A stretch of 35,984 nucleotides of DNA from Octopus sinensis (taxonomy: Eukaryota). Below the pieces are notes generated by a model. It did no database searches and was not told the origin of the DNA. It saw only the letters and a program-made list of their open reading frames with translations. The position numbers were made by a program, and so were the translations under genes. Shown in pieces: positions 11,740-22,665 of the stretch. The DNA lies in assembly GCF_006345805.1 (NCBI RefSeq), contig NW_021826220.1:1-35984 (forward strand), in the 5' to 3' direction. Every line of letters starts with the position of its first letter. The stretch's first letter is position 1.

Positions 11740-12163
11740 AGTTGTAAGCTGACAAAGTCATTAGAGCATCCGAAGAAATGCTTTACAGTATTTCTTCTGA
11801 CACTTTACGTTTTAGGTTCAAATCCTGCTATGTTCAACTTTGCATTTTATTCTTCCAGATTCAACTACATAAAATATGTCTAGTACTGGGGGTTGATGGT
11901 ATCAACCTACTTCCCTCAAAATTGTTGGTCTTGTGCCTAAAATAGGAACCATTATTCAAGCCAGCAGAATCATTAGCATGCTGGGGACACTGCTTAGCAG
12001 TATTTCATCTGTCTTTACGTTCTGAGTTCAAATTCTGCCAAGGTCAGCTTTGCCTTTCGTCCTTCCGGGATCGATAAAATAAGTACCAATTGAACACTGG
12101 GGTCAATGTAACTGACTTACCCCCTCCCCTCGAATTTCAGGCTTTGTGCCTATAGTAGAAAGG

Positions 12164-12210
<47 letters not shown>

Positions 12211-12430
12211 GGTGGTGAGCTGGTAGAATCATTCACACGCTGGAAAAAATGTATGATATTTCTTCCAGCTTTACATTCTATGATCAAATTCTGGCAAAGT
12301 CAGTTTTTCCCTTCATCCTATTGGGATCAATAAAAGAAATATCAATTTGTACTGGGTTTTTATGTAATCAACTATTTCCCATCCCAAAATGATTTCAGGC
12401 TTTGTGCATATTATGGAAAGAATCATTATT
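11740..12430 (+). mobile_element. Head-to-tail array of three SINE-A (A2) copies separated by (ATT)n tails
   Basis: Head, B-box and tail landmarks repeat at about 11745, 11960 and 12212. Confidence 0.85.
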
Positions 12431-12440
12431 ATTATTATTA

Positions 12441-12830
12441 AGAAAGACCCCCTGGTAAGGTATAAGGGATAAGTTTGAAATAATTGCTAAAATCCCTTCT
12501 GCTTAATTTAACATCTTGAGAAAAATCATTGTCTAGATCAATTTATGCAATATAAAATGTGTCACGAAGCATCTAAACTATTCAAGTTGAAGAAACAGAG
12601 CAATAAAAGAACTTCATCATGTAATCAACAAACACATTTGTACAACAATCTCAGGCAAAATCAAAATCCTCATTGTCTCCATTGTGACTTTATAGCAAAA
12701 TCCATACATGGACTTGCATTACATTCAGGCATGCATTGCAAATAAATGCAGTTTCTTTTATAATCTTTTTTATTTTAATCTTTCCTTCAAACACTCGTAT
12801 ATCAAAATCGATTATTATCATCATCATCAT
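12441..12830 (+). mobile_element. 5'-truncated RTE-clade LINE: degenerate ORF2 C-terminus ending in a C2H2-type finger, plus 3' UTR and (ATT/ATC)n tail
   Basis: With frameshifts corrected: RP.LVRYKDKLK*LLKSLLLNLTS(W)EK..CLD....YKMCHEASKLF...NPHCLHCDFIAKSIHGLALHSGMHCK*. GRPxxRYKDxLK...WE..DR..W and a terminal CxxC-x12-HxxxH are RTE ORF2 features. Confidence 0.75.
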
Positions 12831-12833
12831 CAT

Positions 12834-13251
12834 CTCTTTCTCTTTCTTTTTCTCTCTTTTTACTTGTTTCAGTCATTTGACTGCGGCCATGCTGGAGCAC
12901 TGCCTTTAATCGAGCAACTCGACCCCAGGACTTATTCTGTTTTTGTAAGCCCAGTACTTATTCTATCGGTCTCTTTTGCCGAACCGCTAAGTAACGGGGA
13001 CATAGACACACCAGCATTGGTTGTCAAGCAATGCTAGGGGGACAAACACAGATACACAAACACACAAATATATACATATACATATATACGACGGGCTTCT
13101 TTCAGTTTCCATCTACCAAATCCACTCACAAGGCTTTGGTCGGCCCAAGGCTATAGTAGAAGACACTTGCCCAAGGTGCCACGCAGTGGGACTGAACCCG
13201 GAACCATGTGGTTGGTAAACAAGCTACTTACCACACAGCCACACCTGTGCC
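12834..13251 (-). mobile_element. Full-length SINE family B
   Basis: Reverse complement of the 6078-6480 layout; atcatcat on both flanks. Confidence 0.92.
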
Positions 13252-13256
13252 TATCA

Positions 13257-13303
<47 letters not shown>

Positions 13304-13305
13304 AA

Positions 13306-13544
13306 GGTGACAAGCTGGCAGAATCATTAATGCACCAGATGAAATTCTTAGCAGTATTTGATCCATCTTCAGGTTCTGAGTTCAAATTCTGCTGAGGTCG
13401 ACTTTGCTTTTCATACTTTCAGGGTTGATAAATTAAGTACTAGTTAAGTATTGGGGTCAGTGTGATCGACTTAATCCCTTTGTCTGTCCTTGTTTGTCCC
13501 CTCTATGTTTAGCCCCTTGTGCCTTGTGCCCTATAGTATAAAGG

Positions 13545-13546
<2 letters not shown>
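13306..13546 (+). mobile_element. SINE-A carrying an A1 tail fused to an A2 tail
   Basis: ...atcgacttaatccctttgtctgtccttgtttgtcccctctatgtttagccccttgt then gccttgtgccctatagtataaaggattatt. Confidence 0.85.
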
Positions 13547-13588
<42 letters not shown>

Positions 13589-13914
13589 GTCGCAAGAATG
13601 GCCAGTATAAAAGGACCAATTCTGAGGATTCACCTGTGATTAGAAAAGGTAATATAAAAGGAGAAAGGGGCTCTCTACCCCCATTTTGACTAGGCTCCCG
13701 TGGCCTTTATGGGTTTTTACATCAGGAACCTTTCAAAGCGCCTCCCCCTTTTGGGAGTTTTTCATTGTTAAATATTTTTGTTATTACACTGTTTTTACAC
13801 GGATTTTTCAATCTTTTCCTCTCAAAACTGCTAGCCTTGTGCCTAACTTAGAAACCATTATAGGATTATTATTATTATTATTATCATTATTATTATTATT
13901 ATTATTTCAGTTTT

Positions 13915-14110
13915 TGACATAAGGCCTGAAGTTTTAGGAGGATAGAGTTAGTCGATTACATTGCTCCCTTGTACTTGGCAGGTGTTTTATTTTATTAAAC
14001 CTGAAAGAATGAAAGACAAATTTAACCTCTGAAGGATTTGAGCTCTGAATGTAAAGAGCCTGAAAAAGTATTTGCAAGACATTTTGTCTGATGCTCTAAG
14101 GATTCTGCTA
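13915..14110 (-). mobile_element. SINE family A, degenerate
   Basis: ataaggcctgaagtttt, gaaagacaaatttaacc, ggatttgagctctgaatgt, ctaaggattctgc. Confidence 0.75.
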
Positions 14111-14119
14111 ATATATAAT

Positions 14120-14645
14120 TTAACCCTTCAACATTCAACTTAGTCTGTGAAATGCAAAGCTTATTTATTCCCATTGTTTTGAATTAATTATGCATCATCC
14201 TGTAGTTTCAAGGTTTCGATGAAGTGATTGTTTATTATTAGAACAACATTGTAGGTTAGGTGTGAGAGACCAAATCTGACCAGTCTGAACACAAAATAGG
14301 TAGACCATTTGGTGTGCTATTCAGAATGTCCCATGGGCTGCAGTTTGCTCACAACTGATCTATAATCATCATCTTGTCTTTTTAAGGGGTGGAAGACTAC
14401 ATTATTTAATGTCCCTCAAGCAGCGAGATGCGATTTGATGAAGATTTAGCTACCATTTGGATGTCAACAACAAAATGTTGAGAGAAAGATTTATGTTAAG
14501 GGACCATAGGTCTGTAGACGACTAGGTTACATTAAGACATTGATTCAATAAGTAGGCTTTGCTTCCAAACCATGTGGTCTAGGGTTCAGTCCTAACACAT
14601 GGCACCTTGGGCCAGATATAGATAGTTTAAATTCTGAAGGGTTAA
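14120..14645. mobile_element. piggyBac-like MITE family 2 containing about 300 bp of locally templated filler (14311-14611)
   Basis: ttaa-cccttca at 14120-14130 and tgaaggg-ttaa at 14635-14645 are inverted; the interior matches 15218-15363 (inverted) and 20922-21076 (direct). Confidence 0.75.
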
Positions 14646-14892
14646 ATGAGGTCAATTAACAAGCCACCTTGTGTCACTTTGACCTGCTAGATGTAATAGC
14701 CAAATCTTCAAACAGCCTTTCAGCCTCTTATTACAGTCAGTAATAATGTTACATTCAAAGTACAACAGTCATATTTGTTTTATTGATTTTTAAATTCAGT
14801 CTGCATAACCAGTCATAAAGGCTTGGATTGCAGCAATTGAGACCTTCATTATATCTCCTGTTATCAACCAGAGAGCTCAGAATGAGTGCTCT

Positions 14893-15245
14893 TATGTGGT
14901 TGCTTGTCTTGCTAAAAATGGTAGCCAAATATCCCTCACCTCTTACCTTCTGTCTAATGTAAATAGATTGGATGAGCAAAAGAGTTGCTTCTATGTGGTT
15001 GCCCGACCTACTAAAAATGATAGCCAAATATTCCTCAACTCTTAACTTTTGTCATATATAAATACATTAGATGAGCAAAAGAAATGTGTCTATGTGGTTG
15101 ATCAACCTGCTAAAGATGGTAGCCAAATATCCCTCAAATCTTACCCTACCTTTTGTCATATAAATATATTGGATGGACAGAGTAGAAGATACTCATATGT
15201 GGTTACTTGACATGCTACAAATGGTAGCTAAATCTTCATCAAATC
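14893..15245. repeat. Diverged tandem array of about 100-bp units (4 units)
   Basis: tatgtggtt...gctaaaaatggtagccaaatatccctca recurs at 14893, 14992, 15091 and 15196; the same core occurs dispersed near 1262, 18090, 29560 (minus) and 31075 (minus). Confidence 0.85.
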
Positions 15246-15612
15246 ACATCTCGCTGCTTGAGGGACATTAAATAATGTAGTCCTCCACCCCTTAAAAAGA
15301 CAAGATGATGATCATAGATCAGTTGTAAGCAAACTGCAGCCCATGGGACATTCTGAATAACACATTCTGAATAGCATAACCATAAAATTTTGTTTTTAGT
15401 GATGTAGCCTGCCTGATGGTGAACCATGTCTCATGCAACCCACATCTCAAAATTGGTTGCTCATCATTGCTGGAATGCCTTTGGAATCCAAACAACAAAA
15501 ACAACTAGAGGAATGGGCTGTTAAAACAGAACTGATTGACAAGAACAAAAACAGCATTTTCCAAAACAAAATAATGTCGTTTAATGAGTTTGTAATATAC
15601 TAAGTTTTAAAA

Positions 15613-15810
15613 AATGGTGAGCTGCCAGAATTGTTGGCATGTCAGGCAAAATGCTTGGCAGCATTTTGTCTATCTTTATGTTCTGAGTTCATATTCCGCT
15701 GGGGTTGACTTGGCATGTCATCCTTTCATGCTCAGTAAAATAAGTACCAGTTGAGTACTAGGATCAATGTTAGCATCAACTTACACCCTCCCCCAAAATT
15801 ACTGGCCTTG
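15613..15810 (+). mobile_element. SINE family A (A2 tail)
   Basis: ggtgagctgccagaattgttggc...gagttcatattcc...cccccaaaattactggccttgtg. Confidence 0.85.
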
Positions 15811-15984
15811 TGTGTGGCTTAGTGGCGAGGCTGTTGTACTCTATGCAAAGTGCATTGTGACCAGCAGTGTGTAACAACAGCTGATTGTCTGATCAGTCAC
15901 ATGATCACATGATATATATATATCATCATCATCATCATTTAACGTCCGCTTTCCATGCTAGCATGGGTTATATATATATATATA

Positions 15985-16142
15985 TGTGACTGGATTTTTC
16001 AGTTTCCATCTAGCAGATCCATTCGCAAGGCTTTGGTTATCAGGAGGCTGTAGCCAAAGACACTTGCCTGAGGTTCCAAACAGTGGGCCTGAACTTGAAA
16101 CCACATGGTTGAGAAGCAAACTTCTTACCCGCATGGCCATGC
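15985..16142 (-). mobile_element. SINE-B head and CORE-like fragment
   Basis: Reverse complement of ggccatgcgggtaagaagtttgc...ggttcaggccc...cctcaggcaagtgtc. Confidence 0.75.
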
Positions 16143-16652
16143 TTGTACCTAATTCACATGATAATGATGATAATGGCAGTATTTCAAATGCACACGAAAT
16201 ATTTCACCTGCTGTCCAACACAGTATCTTTGATAAGCTATTTTGTTGTTTTTGTGAATCAACCAAAAAAAACGCAAAGAAAAAAAATATTTTTGTAATTT
16301 CATTGTTTTAATATATTTTATTTTAATCTTATTTTTTCAATTTTTATTTTTATTTTTCTATTTTCACTTTATTTTTGCTTAATGCTATTCTATATCTTCC
16401 TTCCATCTAAACCAATGGTAGCAGCTGTCCTTTCTTTTCTTGGAAGGAAAATGGTTCAGTGACACAACTCTATTGTCTTAGTTGGATTTTATTGATTTTA
16501 ATATTAACTTCTAAACTTATTCCTCACCATTGTCAGCAGCAGCAACAATAATAAGTCACAAGGCTTGAAATTTTGGGAGGGGGCTTTAGTCAATACTTCC
16601 GACTCAGTACTTAACTAGTACTTTATTTTATCAACCTCAAAACGATCATCAA

Positions 16653-16948
16653 CATCATCATCATCATACATTCATTTTCTATGCTGGCATGGGTTGATGG
16701 TTTGACTAGAGCTGGCAAACCAAAGAGCTTCACCTGATTCCAGTCTCATTTAGCTTGATTTCTATAACTGGATGTCCTTCCTAATGCCAACCACTTTACA
16801 GTGTGTGCCAAGTGCCTTTAACATGGCACCAGCACAGGACTTTTGCACACCGATCCTCTTCACCTGGGGATATGGCCTTAACATTTCTGCCGTAGAGGAC
16901 AGGTTTTCTTGAGTATAGCAAGGCACCAGGTATCTCGGTCCTTTGTCA
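16653..16948 (-). mobile_element. RTE LINE 3' end (last ORF2 codons, 3' UTR, (GAT)n tail)
   Basis: Minus frame TKDRDTWCLAILKKTCPLRQKC*, then ggcattaggaaggacatccag and acccatgccagcatagaaaatg-(gat)n. Confidence 0.85.
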
Positions 16949-17279
16949 AGGTAAAATTGACCTTGGTGAAATTTGAACTCGCCTACTTGCAAAACCAAAT
17001 TCTTAACTGTTACATAAACATTCTTGTAACTATTTAATTGTTTTGACAAAATTGTCGTGTGTGTAAGTTTTATTTGAGTTCTATAAAAGGGTTTGTTTCA
17101 TAATCACAAGGTCTTGAATTCAATCTTGCTGCATGGCATCTTAGGGGAAGTTTTTTTTTTTTTTTTTATCTGAGATTCAGATTGATCCAACCCTCAAAAG
17201 TAAAACTGGATAGAGGGAAACTAAACTATTCGTAAGAACATTGGATGGATTATACTTGTAATATTAAAAACAAAATAAA

Positions 17280-17509
17280 GCGGTGAGCTGGAAGAAATGT
17301 TAGCACGCTGGGCGAAATGCGTAGCCATATTTTGTCTGCCGTTACGTTCTGAGTTCAAATTCTACCGAGGTCGACTTTGCTTTTCATCTTTTCGAGGTCG
17401 ATAAATTAAGTACCAGTTACACACTGGGGTCAATATAATCGACTTAATCCGTTTGTCTGTCCTTGTTTGTCCCCTCTGTATTTAGCCCCTTGTGGGTAGT
17501 AAAGAAATA
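17280..17509 (+). mobile_element. Full-length SINE-A (A1 tail)
   Basis: gcggtgagctggaagaaatgttagcacgctgggcgaaatgcg...ccccttgtgggtagtaaagaaat; closely similar to 34150-34379. Confidence 0.92.
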
Positions 17510-17645
17510 AATAAAATGTCCTTTGTCACACACTGCTATGTCACAATGATTTTGCTTGAGGATTACATTAACAGTACAAATGTCTGAGAAATACTCAGCC
17601 ACTTGCTCACTAAGTTAATGGACAGATAGTCGAATAGTCCAGTTG
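17510..17645 (-). mobile_element. Degenerate copy of the family F central domain
   Basis: Reverse complement gcaagtggctgagtatttctcagacatttgtac...tgtgacatagcagtgtgtgacaaagg aligns to 27145-27215. Confidence 0.6.
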
Positions 17646-17743
17646 GCATAAAATTGACAGAGATACACCAAACCTTTGTCAGTTCTTGGTTACTTTGTTA
17701 ACCCCTACAATAAAATTGTTCCTTTTTTTTTTTTTCAATTAAG

Positions 17744-17877
17744 TTGCCTACTTTACTGCTTGGAAATTGAGGTTAAGAGGATACACAAATATAATACTGT
17801 GGCCACTGTAGCGTTGCATCAAAGAGGAGGCCAACACTTTCTCCCCTCATTCACTTTAACCTACTTAGATGAAGGAG
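17744..17877 (+). other. Candidate internal coding exon (unconfirmed)
   Basis: Long T tract plus AAG acceptor, GAG|gtaaca donor, single open frame CLLYCLEIEVKRIHKYNTVATVALHQRGGQHFLPSFTLTYLDEG. Confidence 0.2.
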
Positions 17878-18302
17878 GTAACATGACCTCTTATGTAATA
17901 AGCATGAGGCATCACAATCTCATATGAGATGTACATGGGAGAGGTTTTTATTTTAATCATCAAGGCTTTCTTGAAATGATTAGAAACATGTGTGAGAGGC
18001 AAACCCATATTTAGAAATTGAAATCAACCTGTTAGCATGTTGATGATTTTGTTCATTTCAAACATAATCGCTAAAACTCCATTCGTGTCAGACCTGCCAA
18101 AAAGCTACCAAATCACATTCGAATCGCATCATATCTATTAAATAAAAAGAAGCGTCATATTAAATAATGTAATCTTAGACATTTCTGAAACGATAGGGTG
18201 GGTGGTCATGTTTGGAATGTCTCTCATTACCACATGAGTGTATGATCAAAGATGACCTGATGCCAACAGCAACCACATCATCCCTGTTCATTCCATGAAA
18301 TA

Positions 18303-18531
18303 TTAACCCTTTCGTTACCGTATTTATTTTGAGATGTTCTGTGTTTCTTTCAATTATTTTAGATGTAACAAAGAATTTAGTAAAATAACTTCATTATCAT
18401 TAAGCTAATGATGGGAACATAAATTGTGACTAAGGTTTAGTGGAAGATTTTAATTCAAAACTTATGAAAACAAGTCATTTGTACTACAGAGCCAGAGCCG
18501 GTTTCAGCCGGGTTGGTAACGAAAGGGTTAA
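18303..18531 (-). mobile_element. MITE family 1, solo copy in opposite orientation
   Basis: TTAA-CCCTTTCGTTAC...GTAACGAAAGGG-TTAA; interior is the reverse complement of 9843-10071 with more divergence. Confidence 0.92.
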
Positions 18532-19083
18532 AAATGACAATGTGTGTAAATGAAATGTAAAATGTTATATGTTAGGAAATATACAAATATAAAAAAAATC
18601 ATAATTTCATATTTTATAGGAAATTTGAAATTATTAAATATATAACAAATAGCAAATATGAGATTATAAACCAAGAAGTACACGGCATTAACCTTTACTA
18701 TTTATCCCAGATACATCTTATTATTTTTTTTTTCTGTTTAAAATATAAAAATCCCTGAAATGTTTGTTTATGCATGTGTGAGTGTTACAGTGAGTTTATA
18801 TCAGTTTGTGTGTGTGTATGTGCCTTCATACATATGTATGTCATCACTTGTTAAAGTTGGCATTAGTTTCGGTAGGCAGGCATGGAAATGTTTGGCACCA
18901 TTCCAAATTCATCCTCGGTATTGGACTATGCTAAACAAATCAGTCCAGATTGCATAATACACAGGGCAATGTTTCCCACCCCCGTCTCCTTTTGCATAGC
19001 AGTGTGGCAGACAAGAGATTTAAATTGAATCCAAAAAGAGCTTCTTGCAGCTAAATACCTTTTCCTGGTGCCAAATACCTTAA

Positions 19084-19219
<136 letters not shown>

Positions 19220-19346
19220 CATATGTGTGTGTATGTATATATATATGTGTATGTATATATATATGTGTGTGTATGTATATATATATGTGTGTGTGTGTAT
19301 GTGTGTTATTTATGTATATTTATATATGTAAATAGATATAATTACA

Positions 19347-19529
19347 GAAGTATGGCTGTGTGGATAAGAAGTTTGCTATACAACCATGTCGTTTCAGGTT
19401 CAGTCCCTCTGTGCAGTACCTTGTGCAAGTGTCTTCTACTGTTGCCTCTGTTCAACCAATGCCTTGTGCATCTAGTTGGTAGATGGAACTGTATTAAACC
19501 CATCATTTATGTGTTTGTGGGTGCATGTA

Positions 19530-19571
<42 letters not shown>

Positions 19572-19754
19572 GTGATGCCAATGTGCATGCATGTTGTCCT
19601 CATGTAAGCTGTACTAATGTTGGTATTCCTTGACCCTTTCTGCTTTTGGAGACCTGTGGAATATAAAAATCCCTAGTCTGAAAAGGTTATAAAATACTGT
19701 CTGAACTCCAAATCTAACTTATGCTAGCATGGGAAAAATGGATGTTAAACATCA
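19347..19754 (+). mobile_element. SINE-B head, microsatellite, unrelated body and RTE-type 3' terminus
   Basis: tatggctgtgtggataagaagtttgc...ggttcagtccc...ccttgtgcaagtg; ends atgctagcatgggaaaaatggatgttaaac like the RTE 3' UTRs. Confidence 0.65.
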
Positions 19755-19764
19755 GCTGGTGGAT

Positions 19765-20012
19765 TATTTAGCATCTATTTTTCTATGCTTGCATCAGTCA
19801 GATGGAATTTGTTGAGATAGATTTTCTATGGCCAGATGCCCTTCCTGTCCCGAAACCTCACTCGTTTACAAGCGAAGCAATATTTTCTATGGCCTAACAT
19901 CTCTGGAAAGGAACAACATCACTTGTATGACAGTGATGCTTGTTTTACAACCATCACATGATGTCAAAACAAGGGTACATGCATAGCATGCATGCACACA
20001 CACACACACACA

Positions 20013-20043
<31 letters not shown>

Positions 20044-20160
20044 CACAGATGATGGTTTTAATACAGTTCTGTCTACCAACTTGACTCACAAGACATTAGT
20101 GCCCTGCAGCGGGACTGAACCCAGGAACCTATTTCTTGGAAAACAGACTTCTTACTAAAC
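19765..20160 (-). mobile_element. SINE-B head, microsatellite and alternative tail C2 with RTE-type terminus
   Basis: Minus strand agtaagaagtc...gggttcagtcccgctgc...(tg)n...cttgttttgacatcatgtgat...ggacaggaagggcatctggccatagaaaat...gcaagcatagaaaaatagatgctaaa; tail homologous to 35595-35827. Confidence 0.7.
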
Positions 20161-20170
20161 ACACACATCT

Positions 20171-20220
<50 letters not shown>

Positions 20221-20581
20221 TGACAGATATATACCTAGTTTCTCTATCTTCAGAAATAATCCACCAGCTGTTACACTGTTGGCTTGTTTTGCTTGCTCTT
20301 ACTCCTCCTGCTGCTGTTGTTATTGTTGCCAGCATGAGTGGCGGGGGGGGGCACTGTAAATGTTGTGATCATTACCACTGCTACATCGATCCCTCCACCA
20401 CTGCCAGCACCATCAAATCCTGCCATCTCCAACAGAAACAGCACCAGGAAAGAGTTTCCAACTATAGGCTGCTTGCTGCTTCTACTACTACTACTACCAT
20501 TAGCACCACCACCACTACCACCACCTTATTCTGAAAATGCTGCTGTCTTCTTTAACAATATCCTGACCATTTCCTTTCCAG

Positions 20582-20689
20582 TAATAAATCCGTTGACACT
20601 AACATGTTTAATAATATATGTTCTACCAATCTGATGACATGGAATAGGAGTCTCTTCCTTGATCATTACTTTTACTCCTTTGATACAAA
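20582..20689 (+). other. Candidate 108-nt exon (unconfirmed; the opposite strand is also open)
   Basis: ctgaccatttcctttccag| acceptor, AA|gtgagt donor, one open frame NKSVDTNMFNNICSTNLMTWNRSLFLDHYFYSFDT. Confidence 0.22.
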
Positions 20690-21014
20690 GTGAGTACTTC
20701 CCTAATCATTGCATTTCACTTCCTTTGAATAAAAACACCAAAGAGACAGGGGAACATCTCTGTAGTCACACAGCTTGTTAAAAACGCAACCAAGTCTCTC
20801 TCTCACCTCACAGCTTGCCATCTTACGGAAAATGAAGGACAGATTAAATAATTTGGCTCACTGTGCAGTATGCTTGGTAATATGGTCACAGCTGGAATGC
20901 TTTTAAATGCAAGAGACTAACTTGGACGTCAACAACAAAATGTTGAGAGAAAGATTTATGTTAAGGGACCATGGGTCTGTAGACGACTAGGTTACATTAA
21001 CACATTGATTCACT

Positions 21015-21345
21015 AAGTAGGCTTTGCTTCCAAACCATGTGGTCTTGAGTTCAGTCCTAGCACATGGCACCTTGGGAAAGTGTCTTTTACTACAGCCTCA
21101 GCTGACTAAAGACTTCTGAGTGGATTTGGTAGATGGAAACTGAAAGAAGCCTACTGTACATATATGTATGTACATCTCTTTGTGTTTGTCCTTCACAGTA
21201 GTTTAGTGGTTCAGCAAAAAAGAAAAAAAAAAGACCAATAAAATAAACTTAGAAAGAAAACTAAGCATTAGGGTAAATTGTTTAATTAAACATTTCAAGA
21301 CGATGCCCCAGCATGGCCACAGTCTAATAACTAAAGCAAAAAATA
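21015..21345 (+). mobile_element. SINE family B, degenerate
   Basis: aagtaggctttgcttccaaaccatgtgg...catggcaccttgggaaagtg...cccagcatggccacagtc. Confidence 0.85.
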
Positions 21346-21724
21346 AATGATATATGATCCTAGAATCCATTAGGTTTTGTTGGATGAATTTTGAAAAAAA
21401 ACTTTCATATCTTATACCTTATATAAACAAAACTGTATCAGCCAGAACTTAAACTGTCAAGAAGTTTGGAACAATTTCTACATCCTTGTACCAGAGAAAC
21501 ATGATGCTTCAGGAATGTCCTTTTCTCTAAGAAAGAAAAGCTTTTCCAATAATTTAATAGGAAAATTTCTTTCCCCTGAGACAGCAAATTGAGTGTTCTT
21601 AAAGAGTTGGATTGAATATTTTGTAGATATTTGTTCTATCACTCACATCCCTGGATTCAAATCCTGTTTGCACACATATTCACATATACACCATACACAC
21701 ACACACACACATATATAAAGATAG

Positions 21725-21767
<43 letters not shown>

Positions 21768-21774
21768 CACACAC

Positions 21775-21981
21775 TTATTCTTTATTCTTCTACTTGTTTC
21801 AGTCATTTGACTGCAGCCATACTGGAGCATTGCCTTTAGTAAAACTAATCAACCCCAAGACTTATTCTTTATAAGTCTAGTACTTCTTCTGTCAGTCTTT
21901 TTTGCCAAACAGCTAAGTTACGAGGACGTAAACATACCAACATCGGTTATCAAGCAATGGTGGGGGGACAAAGACAGACAG

Positions 21982-22023
<42 letters not shown>

Positions 22024-22178
22024 GACGGGCTTCTTTCAGTTTCCGTCTACCAAATCCACTCACAAGGTTTTGGTTGGCCCAAGGCTATAGCAGAAGATTT
22101 GCCCAAGGTGGCATGCAGTGGGACTGAACCTGGAACTATATGGTTGGGAAACAAGCTTCTTAGCACACAGCCACTCCT
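21775..22178 (-). mobile_element. Full-length SINE family B
   Basis: Reverse complement of the family B layout, including the internal (CA)/(TA) tract. Confidence 0.9.
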
Positions 22179-22383
22179 TATGTGTATAATGTCTAACATG
22201 AATGCTTTTAAATGCATAAAAACAACATATATTTACTGAATAATGCATTCAATACATGTAGAGATTTGTATATATATATTATAATTTTATTGTCAGTAAC
22301 TTTGAAGTTTTGCCAATGATGGTTTATCCAATATGTGCAACACTACATATATATATATACACAAACACACACATATGTGTATG

Positions 22384-22417
<34 letters not shown>

Positions 22418-22420
22418 TGC

Positions 22421-22479
<59 letters not shown>

Positions 22480-22665
22480 TAAATATTCATATGCATATAT
22501 ACATGCGCACTTATGTATATAATGTCTGAGATGAATGTTTTTAAATACATAAAAAGAACATATTTATTTAATGCACTCAATACTTGTGTAAATTTTTATA
22601 TATATTATGATTTTATTGACAGTAATTTCAAAGTTTTGCCAGTTTTAGCTTATCCAATATGTACA
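22178..22665. repeat. Older, diverged tandem duplication (about 155-bp AT-rich core, period about 333 bp)
   Basis: ttatgt..ataatgtct...tgaatg.ttttaaat.cataaaa...ttttattg.cagtaa.tt..aagttttgcca...ttatccaatatgt at 22178 and 22511. Confidence 0.8.

Noticed and set aside
12545-12745. Host C2H2 zinc-finger gene exon
   Set aside because: Upstream frameshifted RPxxRYKDxLK...WE motifs, 5' truncation in a microsatellite and a simple-repeat tail fit an RTE ORF2 end better.
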